DNA from: Podarcis vaucheri
Lineage: Eukaryota
Strand: one strand, 5' to 3'
Length of the DNA stretch: 64,000 bases
Assembly (NCBI GenBank): GCA_965113315.1
Contig: OZ220372.1
Shown: one piece after another, positions 1 through 14,501 of the stretch
Numbering within the stretch: the first letter of the stretch is position 1
Layout of the letters: each line of letters starts with the position of its first letter
Position numbers and translations under genes: made by a program
The notes under the pieces: generated by a model
What the model was told of the DNA's origin: nothing
What the model saw: only the letters and a program-made list of their open reading frames with translations
Databases searched by the model: none

Positions 1-371
1 GCCAGGCTCCCACGCTGCTCCTGCAGCAGGCACCCCCTCTACCTCCACCCGCAGAGGGGCAGCCTGGTCAAGAGGCGTTGGTAACAAAGGACGTTGCCCC
101 ACTGCTGCTGTCCAAGGAGGATGGAATAGAGGTCACCCCACTGCCCCCTACCAGTACAGCGGGAACCACTGCCGTTTCTGCCCGGGATCTGCAAGAAGAG
201 CGGACTAAACAGCAGGAAGATATTGAGGAGCTGGAGACCAAAGCTGTGGCCTTCTCCCCAGATGGCCGTTTTCTTAAGTTTGACATCGAGATTGGTAGAG
301 GCTCCTTCAAGACTGTCTACAAGGGGCTTGACACGGAGACCACAGTGGAGGTTGCTTGGTGTGAGCTTCAG
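1..371 (+). CDS. WNK1: WNK1 exon 1, 3' part (open at window start); Pro/Gln-rich N-terminus and kinase subdomains I-II
   Basis: Frame from nt 3 is open and ends [52 protein letters not shown] signature: catalytic Lys in GRGSFK (codon 309-311) and Cys (360-362) in place of the usual subdomain II Lys. Donor CAG|GTAATA at 371/372, phase 0. Confidence 0.97.
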
Positions 372-3109
372 GTAATAGAAAGGTGTCAGCTTGCCTTCAG
401 GGTTAGGGTAGACAGGCACTCACTCCCCTACTGCCAAATTGATAGTCCCAAAAGAATGGCTGTATTCCTGTGTGCGATCCATGGAAGATTACGATTGATC
501 ATGGCTATATATTAAATAGTTTCATTTTTGTGTGTGCTGTAAAGGTGATCTGGGAAGCATTGGTTACTCTTAATGGCCTGGAACCAGGCTCATGATACAG
601 GGCTCGTGGTTAAGTTCTCTTCTTACTAGCCACAAGCTGTAGCCAAGGTTTATTCTTGGCTACAGCTCAACCATGGGCCAGAGTTTGGATAACACACTGC
701 TGTAAATGAAACTTTGACTTAACTCTATGTGGTGTGACAATAAGGAGGACTGGGGAGAGGAGCACAGTGGCTGTGAATTACTGTCTGGGAGTGTGTGGGC
801 GTGGTAAACCATAGTTTAGTGTACTGGTTTGTGCAAATCATGCCAATATGTGAATCAGGCCTATATCTGCTAACATTAGATGATAGTCTCAACTTAAGAT
901 TTTGGTATATACTTTGGTAGCTTCACTACTCAGGCCGTTGAGTTTTGGTTCACATCTGCAACCTGTCAAATGATAGCAAACCCTTTTTAAATTAAAAAGA
1001 AGTCAGTAGGGAATGGTTTTATATTGATTAGGGATGAGTCCATTGTACAATGTGGTGATAAAATATTTGGAAAATGAGAATTCTGTGGAGCTGTAAAGGC
1101 ACTAAGTTTAGCACCAACCCTGTTAAATTTGTGCAAAGCCTTCACATTTCTACTAACTGTATACCTCAGCTTGGTAATGATACTGCAGCATACATTGTTT
1201 ATTATGTTTGTGTATGTAACCCGAAGTAAAAAAATCTTTCTGATACGATATTTTCCCTGGAATAACTATCCAGATATTTTTTTCTTGTTCCCTCTCCACA
1301 TTTAATAAAAAATCCCAGTTACAGTATGTTCGGCTGTGGTAATGTGTGTAGGGCATATGTGTAATATCAAACAAACTGTGGTCATGCACTAGAGAACTGT
1401 GACTATTACAGTTCACCAGTGTACATTGCATGCTTGTAGGAGCAACACTGCCTGTCACACTAGTGGTTTGCCCTGTCTGTTGTGAAGTGACTCTTAAAGT
1501 CTGTCTGCCTGACACATGTTAGGTCATGTTTAAAGTGAGGTAGAAATGTAAATTGGTATTGCTTTAGATATGTTTTATGGAATGGTAAGTGATTAAGGCT
1601 TCAATCCTAAGGGGTGCATTTGTGTGGATGGGAGGAGAGGGGAAGAATGATGGTGGTTCTACCACGTTATCCTACTACAAACTGACAGACTCAAGCTGGC
1701 ACTGTGGAAGTGAGGGTGGAGGGACACTCTTGAGTTCCAATGGGTTTATCCAATTCTTTGTTCATGTAGTTCCATAGGTGCAATGGGATTTCTATTTCCT
1801 CTTTACTGTCCATACTCCCAAACTCTGCTCTGGAGGATGCCCCAATCCTCCACAGCTGATTTAGAGGATGTGGGGGTCTGGAGGTGACAGGAGAAGAAGA
1901 GGAAACTCCATTGTGCACACACGTCAGTTGCGCCATTGTAGCTGCAGCATTGGAAACAATGAATTGAAGAGGAGATAGAGATCTAAATGCACTCAGAAGT
2001 GGACTGAATTTCCCTCCAGTTTGTGGGCGTGTCATGGGACTGGAAGGAATTTGGATCATTCAGGTCCAAATCATTTTCTAGCATGCTGCTTTTTGACAAT
2101 ACTGATGCTGACATCAGTTAGGCCAGGGCTTTGAAGGAGCTAGGACCATAGCATTGCCCCCTTTGTGAACCAGATGAGGGCCATATTGTATGTAGCTGTC
2201 TGTACATTGTCAGCTTTCTGGCTACCCTGTGTGTGTGCATATGGGTGCATGAATTGAAAGGATTGCAGGTGTTCTTTGAGTGAGCTACTCGCACCATCTT
2301 TGTAGTTAGGCAAGTAGTAATTCCTTCTTGATAGGTCAGTAGCAGTATTCCACACCCAGTTAACAGACATGAGTGATACAGTGGGTGGGCTGGCAATTTT
2401 GGTTTGTCATTTCTTGTACTCCACAATCGTTTTACAGTAAAGACACCAAAAATAGTTCATATGAATTGAGTCTAAGAAAGAAGTTGTTGCATTGTGAGTT
2501 GAACAGTAAATACATGAAAGGTGCTCATTCTGCTTGGAAAAAAAATCTGGGTAGAAAAATCAATGCTGATACTTTCCAAAGGCATAGGAGGCAGTCATAT
2601 AATTTGCACTGCTTGCCAGTGAAGTTGCTAGCTCCAGTATATGTTGAAAAAGTTTGTATGAACAGTGATATTAAAATATTTTAAATAAATATTAGATGCA
2701 CTAAACTTCAGAAATGTAAACCAGTGATCTCCAATTAGCAAGTACTGTGGACTTTCAAAACCCAAAGCCATGAGCTCCTTACTTTTGAAAATTTTGATAT
2801 CTCTGTGGTAGTTTTTTTTTATGTGAATGGTGCCATGGACCCCCTGGGTGTGTTACACGGACCTCCTAGGGTATGTAGACCACCATTTGGGAACCACCGA
2901 TGTAAACAATACAAGTTGCCTTTCAGAGAACATCTTGTTAAGTCTGGCAAACTGGGTAAAGATTCTTCAGTTTATATTGGTTTGTTTCAGGGTCAGCATT
3001 TGAAACAAACTCATGCTCACATGAGAATTCAAAAAACTTGGAAGTTTGTTGCAGGCAGAATAGACCAAATGCAGCAGTGAGGAAGATAAATTAATTGATG
3101 AACTAATTA

Positions 3110-3278
3110 CCGTATTTTTCGCTCTATAACACGCACCCGACCGTAACACGCACGTAGTTTTTAGAGGAGGAAAATCCGTAGGCATGCCACCCGTAGGCAT
3201 TTCCTCCATAACACGCACAGACATTTCCCCTTACTTTCTAGGAGGAAAAAAGTGAGTGTTATGGTGCAAAAAATACGG
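3110..3278. mobile_element. Non-autonomous Tc1/mariner-superfamily (Tc2/pogo-like) MITE, subfamily A, 169 bp
   Basis: TIR CCGTATTTTT..GC / GC..AAAAATACGG, TA on both sides, repeated ATAACACGCAC subterminal motif. Confidence 0.85.
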
Positions 3279-4004
3279 TAATTTGACTCCCCTATACCAG
3301 TGAGGATGGCCAAATACAGACTCCCCTGAGGTTTCCCTTCCTATACTTAAATTTAAAACTTGAACTCTACTTGTAATGATTTCTTTTTTACGTTTTATTT
3401 AAGTGCTTGCTTAAATTGAGACTATCAGCTTAGAAATAGAAGCTCTGTAGTAAGATTGTGTGCTTTGGGAACAAATTGGTTTAAAGTCAGTCTGATATTA
3501 GGGTTTGTCTGCACTAGTAAGTTGCCTGGTACTTATTGTGCTCTGCTTCGGCCTTAATCAAAATAGGAGCTTTTTATAGATTGAGGAAAACTTTCCTTTG
3601 AAGCAGGATTCAAGTGTGCAGCTTGACAACTGCACTGGAATAGCAGTTATGCCTGTTGATCACAGTGTAGTTTTGTGTAGGCCGGTTTGGGGTGCAGAAC
3701 AACTTGTGGGGGTTGGATGTGCATCCAGTCCTTGAATTTATGCCAGGATGCACTTGCCCTTGAAGACTTTGAAAAACTAATGGTGAACCAAGTGTAAGTG
3801 AGAATTTTAAAGTGTTGTCAGAAGTTTGTATTCTGGGTGAAATGAACTTTGAAGTGGTTGATTTTTGTTTGCCATCCTCAAGTACCTTTTGTTTGAATGC
3901 ATTATGCTCTCTCTTCCATGGGTTTTTTCTCATCTTGAGTCCTTAATAATGTAACAGTAAAGTTATCTGATAAGTATCAATATGAAATTAGAACAGTATC
4001 ATCA

Positions 4005-4340
4005 CCATCATCATATTTGTATACCACTCTTCATCTGAAGATCACAGAGTGGTTCACAACATAAAAGTACAAAATGAGAACACAAAATACATAATAAAAC
4101 AAAAACAAACCAATAATCCCCCTCCCCAAACCCAGTTAAACGGCCATAGAATGTTAATCGGCTAAAGCCTGCTTATAGAGAAACATTTTCACCTGGCACC
4201 TAAAGATATGTAATGAAGGGAGAGCATTATATAAACAGGGAGCCACCACAGAAAAGGCCTGTTCTTGTGTTGCCAACCTCTGGACCTTTCATGGAGGAGG
4301 TGCATGAAGAAGGGTCTTCGAAGATGATCATGGGGTCCAG
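4005..4340 (-). mobile_element. L2-clade LINE 3' end
   Basis: GGGAGCCACCACAGAAAAGGCC (antisense of AFSVVAP) plus a typical L2 3'UTR/tail; same family as 45848-45975. Confidence 0.65.
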
Positions 4341-5254
4341 GTTTGTTCATGCATACTGCCATGCTCATAAATTAACTGAAAAGGGTGTAGAGAAACGTCT
4401 TTGTAGGCAGTGTTTTGGGGTTTTTTTTATACAAGGCATTTGTAGTTCTACATAGGCACTGTGTTGGCCTGATGCAGTGAGATGCAGCAGGCTTTTTGGT
4501 GAGATAGCTGCTGAAAGCAAAAAACTTCTCGGAGTGCTCTATAGAAGTAGTCATAACATGGATATCCATGAAGTACTTTCAGCTCTCCAAGTAACTGTGC
4601 TTTCTGCTCGCTTTAAATACGTTTCTTGCAATGTTGGTAGATTAGGTTACATTCGTATCCCACTTATCTGGGAGTAAGTAAGCCCAATTTAACTCAGTAG
4701 GACTTCTGAATAAACGTGGTTAGGTCTTCACTGTTAGTTTGTTAAAGATGTTGTATTGTTTAGTTAATAGGAATTTTAAAATATTATTTATTAATTTAAT
4801 AAAATGAATTTCAAAATACAGTTGTGAAGCATGGTCTGATACTTTATTTTATATACCTTATACCCTGCCTTTTACTGTCAACTCCTTACAGAGGCAGCTT
4901 ACCAAAATGTAAGAATAAATACATCAACTATATCTGAAAAATATCTTAACAATTAAGCAGCAATGTAAAATTCTGGAAAGATGCTGTTTATTTCTGTATT
5001 GTGTTGGAGTGGAGTCCCTAAGACCTCCTTCCCTGTGCCTCCTTCCTACAAGTCCTGCAGCCAAATTGGTGCTGATGTATTCCTCTGCTTTCCTGGGCAG
5101 CCCAGGACCTCCATACACACTGCCCAGGCTTACGCCCAGGGGAGGTCACTTCAGTGCTGCTAACTCAGTGGTTTGACTCCCCCCCCCCCAGTGCACTCCA
5201 TTGTCTCTTGAGCAGACAGATGCCAATAACAACCTCACCTCTGTATTTAATGTA

Positions 5255-5496
5255 CAGTGGTACCTCGGGTTAAGTACTTAATTCGTTCCGGAGGTCTGTT
5301 CTTAACCTGAAACTGTTCTTAATCTGAAGCACCACTTTAACTAATGGGACCTCCTGCTTCCACCGCGCCGCCAGAGCCTGATTTCTGTTCTTATCCTGAA
5401 TCAAAGTTCTTAACCTGAAGCACTATTTCTGGCTTAGTGGAGTGTGTAACCTGAAGCATATGTAACCTGAAGCGTATGTAACCCGAGGTACCACTG
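5255..5496. mobile_element. Tigger/pogo-like MITE (CAGTGGTACCTC TIR)
   Basis: TA-CAGTGGTACCTCGGGTTA ... TAACCCGAGGTACCACTG-TA; internal TAACCTGAAG repeats. Confidence 0.88.
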
Positions 5497-8400
5497 TACT
5501 GTTGTTAACTAGTAGACTGGGGTTTCCAAGATAACATATTTTGAGAAGGTTGTGGTACTACATTATATATTGAACTTGAGTACTACTGTACAGGCAAGTG
5601 GAGAGCTTTGAGGCTTAATAGTAATCATGATTATTTATGAAACTTTTACTAAATTCCCAGTTTCAGTATTGTCTGTGTTTATGGCAAGGTATAAATATTT
5701 TGGAGAATGTAGGATTTGAGTAGTCTGTAATGGAAAGACAGTGAAATCCTTATTTGCTGGGCTATGTATGTGTGTGGAAGGGGGGGAAGTAGGTTAAGTG
5801 TGTTGCTATACTTCAAAATGCTTTGTTTCCAGTCTGAATCATCTTCCTCTGTTTTGAGTCAGCAGCTTGTTCCCTTAGCTTTGATGGATGCCAAAACTGC
5901 TTCATGGACTCTTGTTCACTTCTGAAAGTTCATGCAAATATAATCATGCAAATAAAATATAAAATTATCATTGGGAGGTAAAACCAACCTACCAATTATC
6001 CTATTGGTTTCTGATACAGAAACTAGATTTAAAAAATGTTTGTGGATATAGTGGTTTAAATTTTCACTGATTTGACAGTTGATTTTTCAGAATGTGTTCT
6101 TGAGTTTGTAATAGCCTTCCTAGCTGAGATAGTATGGTTAATAGGCAGAAATCCTTTTTGCCTTCACTATATTTCTGTAGGTCAGAGGAACTTAAGTATG
6201 CAATTGATTATTCATTCATGTAATTAAAGTGTTGGGTGTGGCCTGTGACCTCCAGTTAAGTCCCTCCTTCCTTTTCATTGAGTCAGTTCTGGGTGGGAAT
6301 GCGGAGCAGATTCTTAATTCATATGTGCTGAAAGCACACCTGTGAAGTAATTAGCTCATTGTGCTAAGAAATGTTCTGGCATTGGATTGCTGTTGAGATT
6401 TCTGTTACTCACCAAGGAGCCAACCCTTTGTGTAGTATAATCTTGCACCATAAGAGGAAGTGTCATCTGTCTGATCAGTGGCAGGTTTATTCTAAGCATT
6501 TTTTCTTCCTCCACAAGTAGCCAGTACACTGCCTGCCCCTGAACTTTTCGTAACTGAAAGAAAGAACATGAAAGAGGGAAGAGGAAATAAGAATTAGCAG
6601 AGAAGGATGGGAAAGAAGAAAGAAACAACCAACAGAGAATGGAAGAAAGACAGGAAATTTGGGGAAATGAAAGCACAGTGAGGGAGCAAGAATAATAGAG
6701 ATGCCTTAAAAATAATGGGGGATTAAGGAGGTCTCCCTTCTGAAACCAATAGCTGAGCATTGATTCCCTTCCCCCATATAGCATAATGAAGACACTGAAC
6801 CCACACAGTAAATTATAGTTTTGGTGAATAGGATTTGCCCTCTTTTACAAAATGGCTATTGTCCCTGTAAAATATGTTTAAGATTCTGTTTGCATTTACA
6901 GTCATAGTATATCAAAGGTTAATGGAGGAACTTCACAAAATGGCTGCTCAAAAACTGCAAAGTTGCTGCCTGTAACCCATGTATTATTTACAACATTGTC
7001 TGGAATAAGGTCCAAGACACAAATTTATTAATAACAATATATTTGCCTGTCCTTCTGATTGTCTGGAACCTTGTGCTTCTTGGCCTATATAGTTCACTCT
7101 GTGAAGGCCTGGTCTCAGTCTGGGAATTTCTCTGAGATGCTGCCTTTGATTAAATTGAAATTTCCAGAAGTCTGGCCATGTGATGTAAATTTTCTTCAAG
7201 GATTAGTTCTATAGGATAGGTGAAGCTCAAAATTTATAGGAATCCTGGGAATTGTAGTACGATACAACAGAGACCTGTCCTATGCTTCAGCTACTGTTAT
7301 GTGGTAATTGAGAAAGGAATACAGAAGCGTTGGAGAAGGGAAGACAAGGCACCTGCACAAAGAGCTGAAAGAAGAGTTAGGGACTTATACTGTGATTTAC
7401 TAAGTTGCCTGCCGAAAGAGAACAAACTCTGCTATCAGGTCTAAGTTCTACTGAAGGACTGAGGGGAACTGTAGCTGCTGGAGACAGTTCTTGGACCACA
7501 GACTGCTGAACAATAAATCATACCACTTTGTCTTTGGAAAGAGTTTCTTGCTGGCAAGGACAAGCACAAAGTTTGTGTTTGTAGGGATATTCAGCTGGGG
7601 ACCAGGAGGAAAAATAGGTTATACTGCCTTCGTATACCCATATATCCCATTCAGTCACTTCAGTTACTAATCTTTAATACACATTTTAAAACTAAAGTTA
7701 AACCTGAACTTTGCCCAAGACTATTAGCACTTTGTACCTGAATGAAAAAGCATTAATTCAGGACTGCTGGTGAAAAACCAACTCCCATTCAGCACTGGCT
7801 TGTAGCATCCAACAGTTCACCATAATCACCACCTACGGTGGTACCTCGTGCACCAGCTCCCAACACAATATTTGCAGATATGTTTAAGGGATTTCCCCCC
7901 CAGAGGTTTGCAAATGAAATTGCTCAAAACACCCAGTACCAGATAATCTGACCATCTTGAAACAAAATAAATTTTAACATGCTCAGCATAATGTGAAAGC
8001 AGGCAGCATGGCACAACTGTGTAATCTTCTGCTCTGTTTGTTTTGTACTGGTATATAACAATTTCACATATATATATATTTAAGTCAATTTCATTATGTA
8101 AATGCATTTGACTAGTCAAGTAGTAAGTTCCAGAATACTATTAATATAAACTTCATTTTCTATTTCGTTTCATATTTTCTCATCTATTTCTTTTTAAGAA
8201 ATAGAAACCTAATTCCTTATTAAATCCCATATGCCCAATTCACAAAAACTTATTTCACACATATTTTTTACATTGCACAAAATATGTCTAGCTGCACATT
8301 AGAACAAACCTTAATCAGTCACTTTCTAGTGAAATGTTCTGGAAATGTCAACTCACTTGGAAGGTGACATCTGAAAGCTAGTGGCGCATAAGCAATACTT

Positions 8401-11400
8401 CACTTTGTTTAGCACTGTTATTCTAGAACTCTTCAAAGATTTATCTTACCAGGCACCCTCAGTACTCAACTACTTACTCCAAAACTGTGCTGCCTCTGTG
8501 ATGACAGAATACCTAAGCCACTGGCTGTATTTGGACATTTTGATGGACTATGGTTTATCATGACAGGAGTGAGTCTAGCCTCACACCTCTTCCAGTGCCG
8601 TAAAGGACTTTGGAAGAATTTCCTTCTGTTTTTGCTGCATGGCAACTTGCTGTGTCATCCAGACCTGACAAAAGAATGTCATGTCATTTCCCCCTTTCTG
8701 CTTTTTTGTAGTGATCGGAATGGACCTTGCCTTCAGGGACCAGTTCTTATTTAGCTTATCATGCTGCTGTACCTAATTGTGCAGTATGTTAAACGCTGCT
8801 GCTTAGCATTTAAGTGTTTGCTGCACATATATTGGACTTTTGTAATCTCTACAGCAACCCTTTCAGGGCAGTTTGGTTTCATACCTAGGTTGAGGTTGAG
8901 AGAGTGGTTTAAGGTCACCTTTGGAATTCATGGCAGAAGCAAGATCTGACTCGGGAACTTCTTGATCTGTAGGTCAATCTCAGTCACTATGCTACTTATC
9001 CCCAAGCTCACTTTGTTTATGATGTAAGACAGATGTGAATTTAAGAGATAAATAGTGCAAAAATAGATGTTTGTTCTACATTGTGTGAGAAGATGGATTA
9101 GTATATTATCACACAAGATTACAATGCTATTCTAAATTACTATGTGTCTGTAGTAAATTGCATATATCATTTGTTTCAATTTTCTTTGTACAGTGTTGTT
9201 GCTTTGAAAAGGTTGCAGTATGCCTAACTAGACCATGGAGTTAAAAAAAGATTTACCTGAAACTCAAAATGCATGTCTCTTAAGTTGGGAGATCTCTATG
9301 TGGAAAAACATGAACATTCAAGTTGCAATGTTTATTTTTAACATTAAGAAGTGTTAAAATTGTTTGTAAAACATGCTTTGTTAGGAGCAATGGAATTACC
9401 AATCAGCTTGGGGAAGAAATAGCCAAGTTAGCTTCCTTCTATGGAAATTTTTATTTAAGGAAGAATGTACCACATATCTTAATGTGGAAAAAAATCCTGA
9501 CTATAGAAAGAATGTTCATCTACCCCTGTGTTTTTATAGACATTCTGATCGGTCTCCTTCAGGCTTGGAAATCAACTCTTGTGGTAGTTGTCTGCCCTAA
9601 CCCTCCTCATTTGCCTTCTCTGTATCATGCTCCATTGGTACTTTTTGCACCACCTCTTTCTGCTGTGCTTCTCTTTCTTCCTCCCACAGCATCCTTTCAC
9701 TTCTGCAGATTGCCAAAGGGGGTGGCGGCAACTGCCATTTATGGAATGCTAATGTTGCCTATTCTTCACCTTGCCCGCAGCTTGCATGATGGAGTCTCTT
9801 GAATTATGGAGGCTGCGGATAAGGCTTTCTTGTTCTAGTCATATAATTCATTGATAGAAGGTTAGAAAGGAGATTGCCTTGTATCCAGTGTTCAGAATGT
9901 TTTTTGAAGACTATAGCCAACACACTCTTGCTTGTCCTTAGCATTCAAAATGCACAATGGCTTGTCTTTGTCTCTTATCTAGAAAGGAGGCTGGGTAGTT
10001 AAAATCTTAACTCGCCACAGGTGACCAGGCTAGCGGTCAGCAGCAAGCATGATCTTATTTTAAAGTATTGCTGTTATGTAAACAGACTTTTGCTGAAACA
10101 TGACTACTTTGTTTACACAGAATCTGAAAATAGACTGTAGAAGTTTAAGTAATGATTTGAATTTCCAAGACACAGCTGATCTTAATTGATTTAAATTATT
10201 TACTTTGTTGTAAATTGTGCATTACCTAAACAAGTGTCCAGTACTAGCTGGTTGCCATAACAATCTTTTTAGAGAATATGCACCACTAACTATATTGTCA
10301 CGTAATGTTAAATCATGGTTTAATGCTATGTGGATGGATCTCATTGAGCTGAACAAAGCCCCTGGTTTGCATTCTCCCCTCTTCCCATGCAGCTGACTGG
10401 AAGAGAGTTGCCAGTTACTTTGTTAACCTGACTTTCACCTTGAGTATGAACCAAACACGTAGTGTAAAACAAAAAAATAAAAGCCAACTTCAAGCTATGG
10501 GTTATGAAGCTGACCTGTTAAACTGACCAGCTTTTACTTTAAACCAGGATATCTTGTTTGTTAGTAACACAGCCAAGATTCAGGGAAACTGAAAGTAGTC
10601 TTTGCAGCTCTCCTGGCTAAAGGGGTGAAGGTAGCTGGAGCAGTGTGTGGCCCTATTCCTTTCTTCAGGCCTGGTGAGACTTTTCCATGTACAGGCAGCC
10701 CCCTCCCCAGTTTACGTGTGTTCAATATGTGTGCAACCGTGCATCATGCTGAATCTAGAAGTAGCCCAGAAATGTTATAAAAATGTCACTGAAATGCCAT
10801 TAAAAGTGGGTGGGCGGGGCGTAGAATGGGGTACTTGCAGTTTTTTCCAATGGGTTTCAATTATACATGAATTCACCAATGTGCATGGTGGCTTGGGATG
10901 TTACCCACGGGTGTAAACCAGGGGCTGCCTGTAATTCTAAACTATGGTTTAGCATTACTGTATGTGTAAATGTAGCTTTCGTATCCTTGTGAGAACACTT
11001 CAGGAAGATCATTCATTTGAAAATAAGGGCCACCATCCAATACAGTAAAACAGTCCAAGAATGTTATAAAAGCAAGGCTGATAATTTCTGGGTAAAAGCT
11101 GTATTTCTGGATTAGATATAAAATGGCCATGTTGTTCAGCTGATATTCTATAAATACCAGAGGACTTGCTCCAGTAATAAGTACAATAAATGATATATTG
11201 TTCCATATTTATAAGGCTTGACCTCAGCAGTCAAATATTCTCCCTCATCCTGTTTTTCCCCCTCCTGTGTGTCTGTTAGAAGATCATGGATTCAGTCTTA
11301 AGAGATGCATACAGTTTCAACATATTTGTGTATCAGCTAAATTTCATCTAATTTATTTAGAATCAATCCTTAATTGTGGTTGAAATGAAACTAAGTATAA

Positions 11401-13507
11401 GCAATTTTGACTTTAAAAAACACACACACCAAAACTATCCACTCTTAACACATCTTTAGTGCATGGTTGAACAGCTATACGGTGACAAAAAAATGTTAGG
11501 GAATGTGCTCTACAAAAGGTCTTGTGTTTGAGTAGTCATAAAAAAGTTAAGATCACAGCCATTTTGGAAATGTAAGTATCAACCTTAGCAGGTGTCAGAT
11601 GCAGGTCTAAAATGGTTAACACAATCTATTTACTATATACAAATGAAGCCTGTAGTCATGCATGTGCAACATAAAGTGAATTTGCAGTAATTATATCTGC
11701 TCACTTTTGTACCCCTGAATATAATGCCTGTTGTTTTGTTTTCATAGTTTGCCCGAAATTAAGAGTAGTTCTGAGTCATACTGAAGTAAAGCAAATTTAT
11801 GTTATACAGTCTTGTCATCTATTGGGGGGAGATATTTCCAAACTTGAAAGTTGGTTGCTATATTTCATGGAATACATTTGTGTTTATATTGCTTTGCATG
11901 TGGTTGAAATGAGTTGGTCTCCAGTGTAAATTGAGGATTCATTGAGTTGTAATGCTGGTTAAGCCCTTCCTCCTGGATAAGTGAAAATAACTGATATTTT
12001 AATAGTATCTAGAATCATAGTTGGCAGATTTAAGGCAAAGCTGTCTCAATCAGAGTAGCAATATGGGTAAATCTCTGTGTAAACAGTTTATATAGAGAAA
12101 GTGATGCAAGACAGCTGGTTTTCAGTGATGGCTATAGTTGTCATTCAGCTCACATTTAGAATGTACGTACAGTAATTTTAGCAATAGTGGATGCTGCAAT
12201 GATGTGCAGAAGTAGTAAAACTAAACTTTGGCTCCTTGCAGTTCAGAAATTTTACAAGCTTTTATTTTAATTTTGCAAATTTAATATTGTGAAGGTCTGG
12301 TTCACATGTCACTTTAACATGTTACTTAAGCTTAATTGCGGTTTAAAGTTGAACATGGTTCATGGTGTGAACATTATAGGAGCTCCACTCTTTTCCCTGC
12401 TCCTGCTTTCTTTCCAGGAGATATGCCATGTTTGGGTTTAGTGTTGCAGGGCTCATGGTTTGTCTCTTTTCAAGCAAACCAAAAGCTTGTAACCACGGTT
12501 TGTTCTTGTCATAGTGCCTATGATTTGTTGGGAGGAAATTAACTATGAGCCTGGGTTATACATAACTTGAAGCCAAACCATTGCTTGGCTCCTGCCAGTG
12601 TGGCTATAGTGATGGAGGAGCAAAGTGCCTGTAATATTTGGTTTGTTTAACATATTCAAATCTAAAAGTTGTGGGAAGGCTAGAACATCAGTAAACTGTA
12701 TTAGCGCCGTTACTCTGACTGTGGTAAAATACATCCCTCAACAGAGTAGCTCTAATTTTGTCAATAATTAGATATAGGGTTCATAGTCATTGATGCCTGC
12801 TGAAGGGGAGCCCCACCACTGCATATTCCTTGCAGTGTTCTTCTTGGTTGTTGTGTTGTTCATATATTCATTTTAAAAAATGCTTTCCATCTGATCTGCA
12901 ACACATAGCTTTGTTTCTTATCCTTTTTAAATGGTGGATTTCTATTTTTTTTAGGACTTGGGAACTCTTGGGATCTGCTTTGCTGATGGAATAAACTGTG
13001 TTTTAAACGCAGAATTGAAATTTAGGGAACAACTCGCACCTGCCAATTTGTATCAAATTAAGATCAAACCACAGTGAGCTATACTTAAGATAATCTCTCA
13101 TGAAATGGGCTTGCTCTGAAATGTAAGAGGACATTTATTTTTTATTTCTGTTTCTTCAATGCAGAATATAAGTATAGTGCCATTCTATATGTATATGGCT
13201 GTATCACATTTTGCTTATTGTTCTAGCTGTCCCTTTCCCAAGAATATATTAGAGCTTAAAAAAATATAGGTAAGTCATTAAAATGGTGAAGAGCTTGGAG
13301 GACCTTGTGAGGAAGAGCTTTTGGGTTGGCTTTTTAGCATAGAGAACAGCTTAGAGATTGGCATGTTTATAAAACTCCAAATGGTTGTGAAAAGCAGAAC
13401 TTTTTCTTCTTTTGTTTGATCCGGCTTGCATGTAATGCTAAGCAATTGTTGAGTGCTACCTACACATGTTGGAATAAGCCTGCATTAAGCCAACCTCCCA
13501 TCCAATA

Positions 13508-13736
13508 CAGTCATACCTCATGTTACATTTGCTTCATGTTACGTTCTTTCAGGTTACGTCCTGCGGCGACCCAGAAGTACTGGAAAGGGTTACTTCCGGG
13601 TTTCGCTGCTTGCGCATGCACAGAAGCGCCAAATCGCGCCACACACCTGCACAGATACGGCGCTTCAGATTGTGCTCTTTTCATGTTGCGAACGGGCCTC
13701 CAGAACGGATCCCGTTTGCAACCAGAGGTACCACTG
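13508..13736. mobile_element. Tigger/pogo-like MITE
   Basis: TA-CAGTCATACCTC ... GAGGTACCACTG-TA; CpG-rich interior. Confidence 0.8.
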
Positions 13737-14501
13737 TACTCATGTCTGGTTAGGAGAAAGACTTCTGAAAGCTTTAGTTTCACTTCCCACAAATCATGAT
13801 TTGTGACTGCAGATGAACTTGAATTGTAGTTTAAACAAACTCTGGCCAGTTTCAAAGCAAGCCAGTTTCAAAACATAGGTTATGAAAGCTCACTTATTTA
13901 GCTAACTAGATTTTGGCTATGGGTTTACATGGGATTAAGATAAACAATATACCGGTATACCACAGACCCATCCCGTAGGCCTTTTCTTACAACTCTTAGA
14001 CTTCAAATTATTGAATCACTTATTTTGAACCAGTTCCTGGTATTTGTGTGCAAATAATCAGTTTTGTATTTTAGGGCCAGAATATTAAGGTTTGGGTTTG
14101 ATACATTTCAGAAAGCAATCCTCTTAACAATATTTTATTTTATTTGGAATTGGATTCAGGTTTAGGTTTAGGTTCAGTTTAAATAAATTTATGTGTATCA
14201 GCTAGTTACCTGCCACTTATGCCTATTGTCTATTTCAATACCTTCACAATAAAGTCTCCAGGATTTTACATTACATTAAAATCAAGCTGGGGCATGTTCA
14301 TTTGGATGAAAACTATATTCTGTGAGACATCATTAAACTTTCAGGCACTGTTAATGTGGCAGGTTTAACAGGACAGCCTTGATTCCTGTTCTTTTTCAAT
14401 TAAATGCATTTAACAGTGTTGCCAGTTAATGGTAACCTTGTAGTATGAGCTTGTGTTCTTGCCTGACCAATTGACCTGTGTTGCATTCTACCTACATTTT
14501 A

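Noticed and set aside
235-275. [11 protein letters not shown] resembles WNK2/3/4 more than the recalled human WNK1 KAVGMSNDGRF
   Set aside because: Downstream residues ([34 protein letters not shown]), exon 4a and exon 8b are WNK1-diagnostic, so this is not a paralogue.
9323-9802. 159-aa ORF in intron 1
   Set aside because: Non-ATG start, no recognisable domain, composition typical of intronic T-rich sequence.
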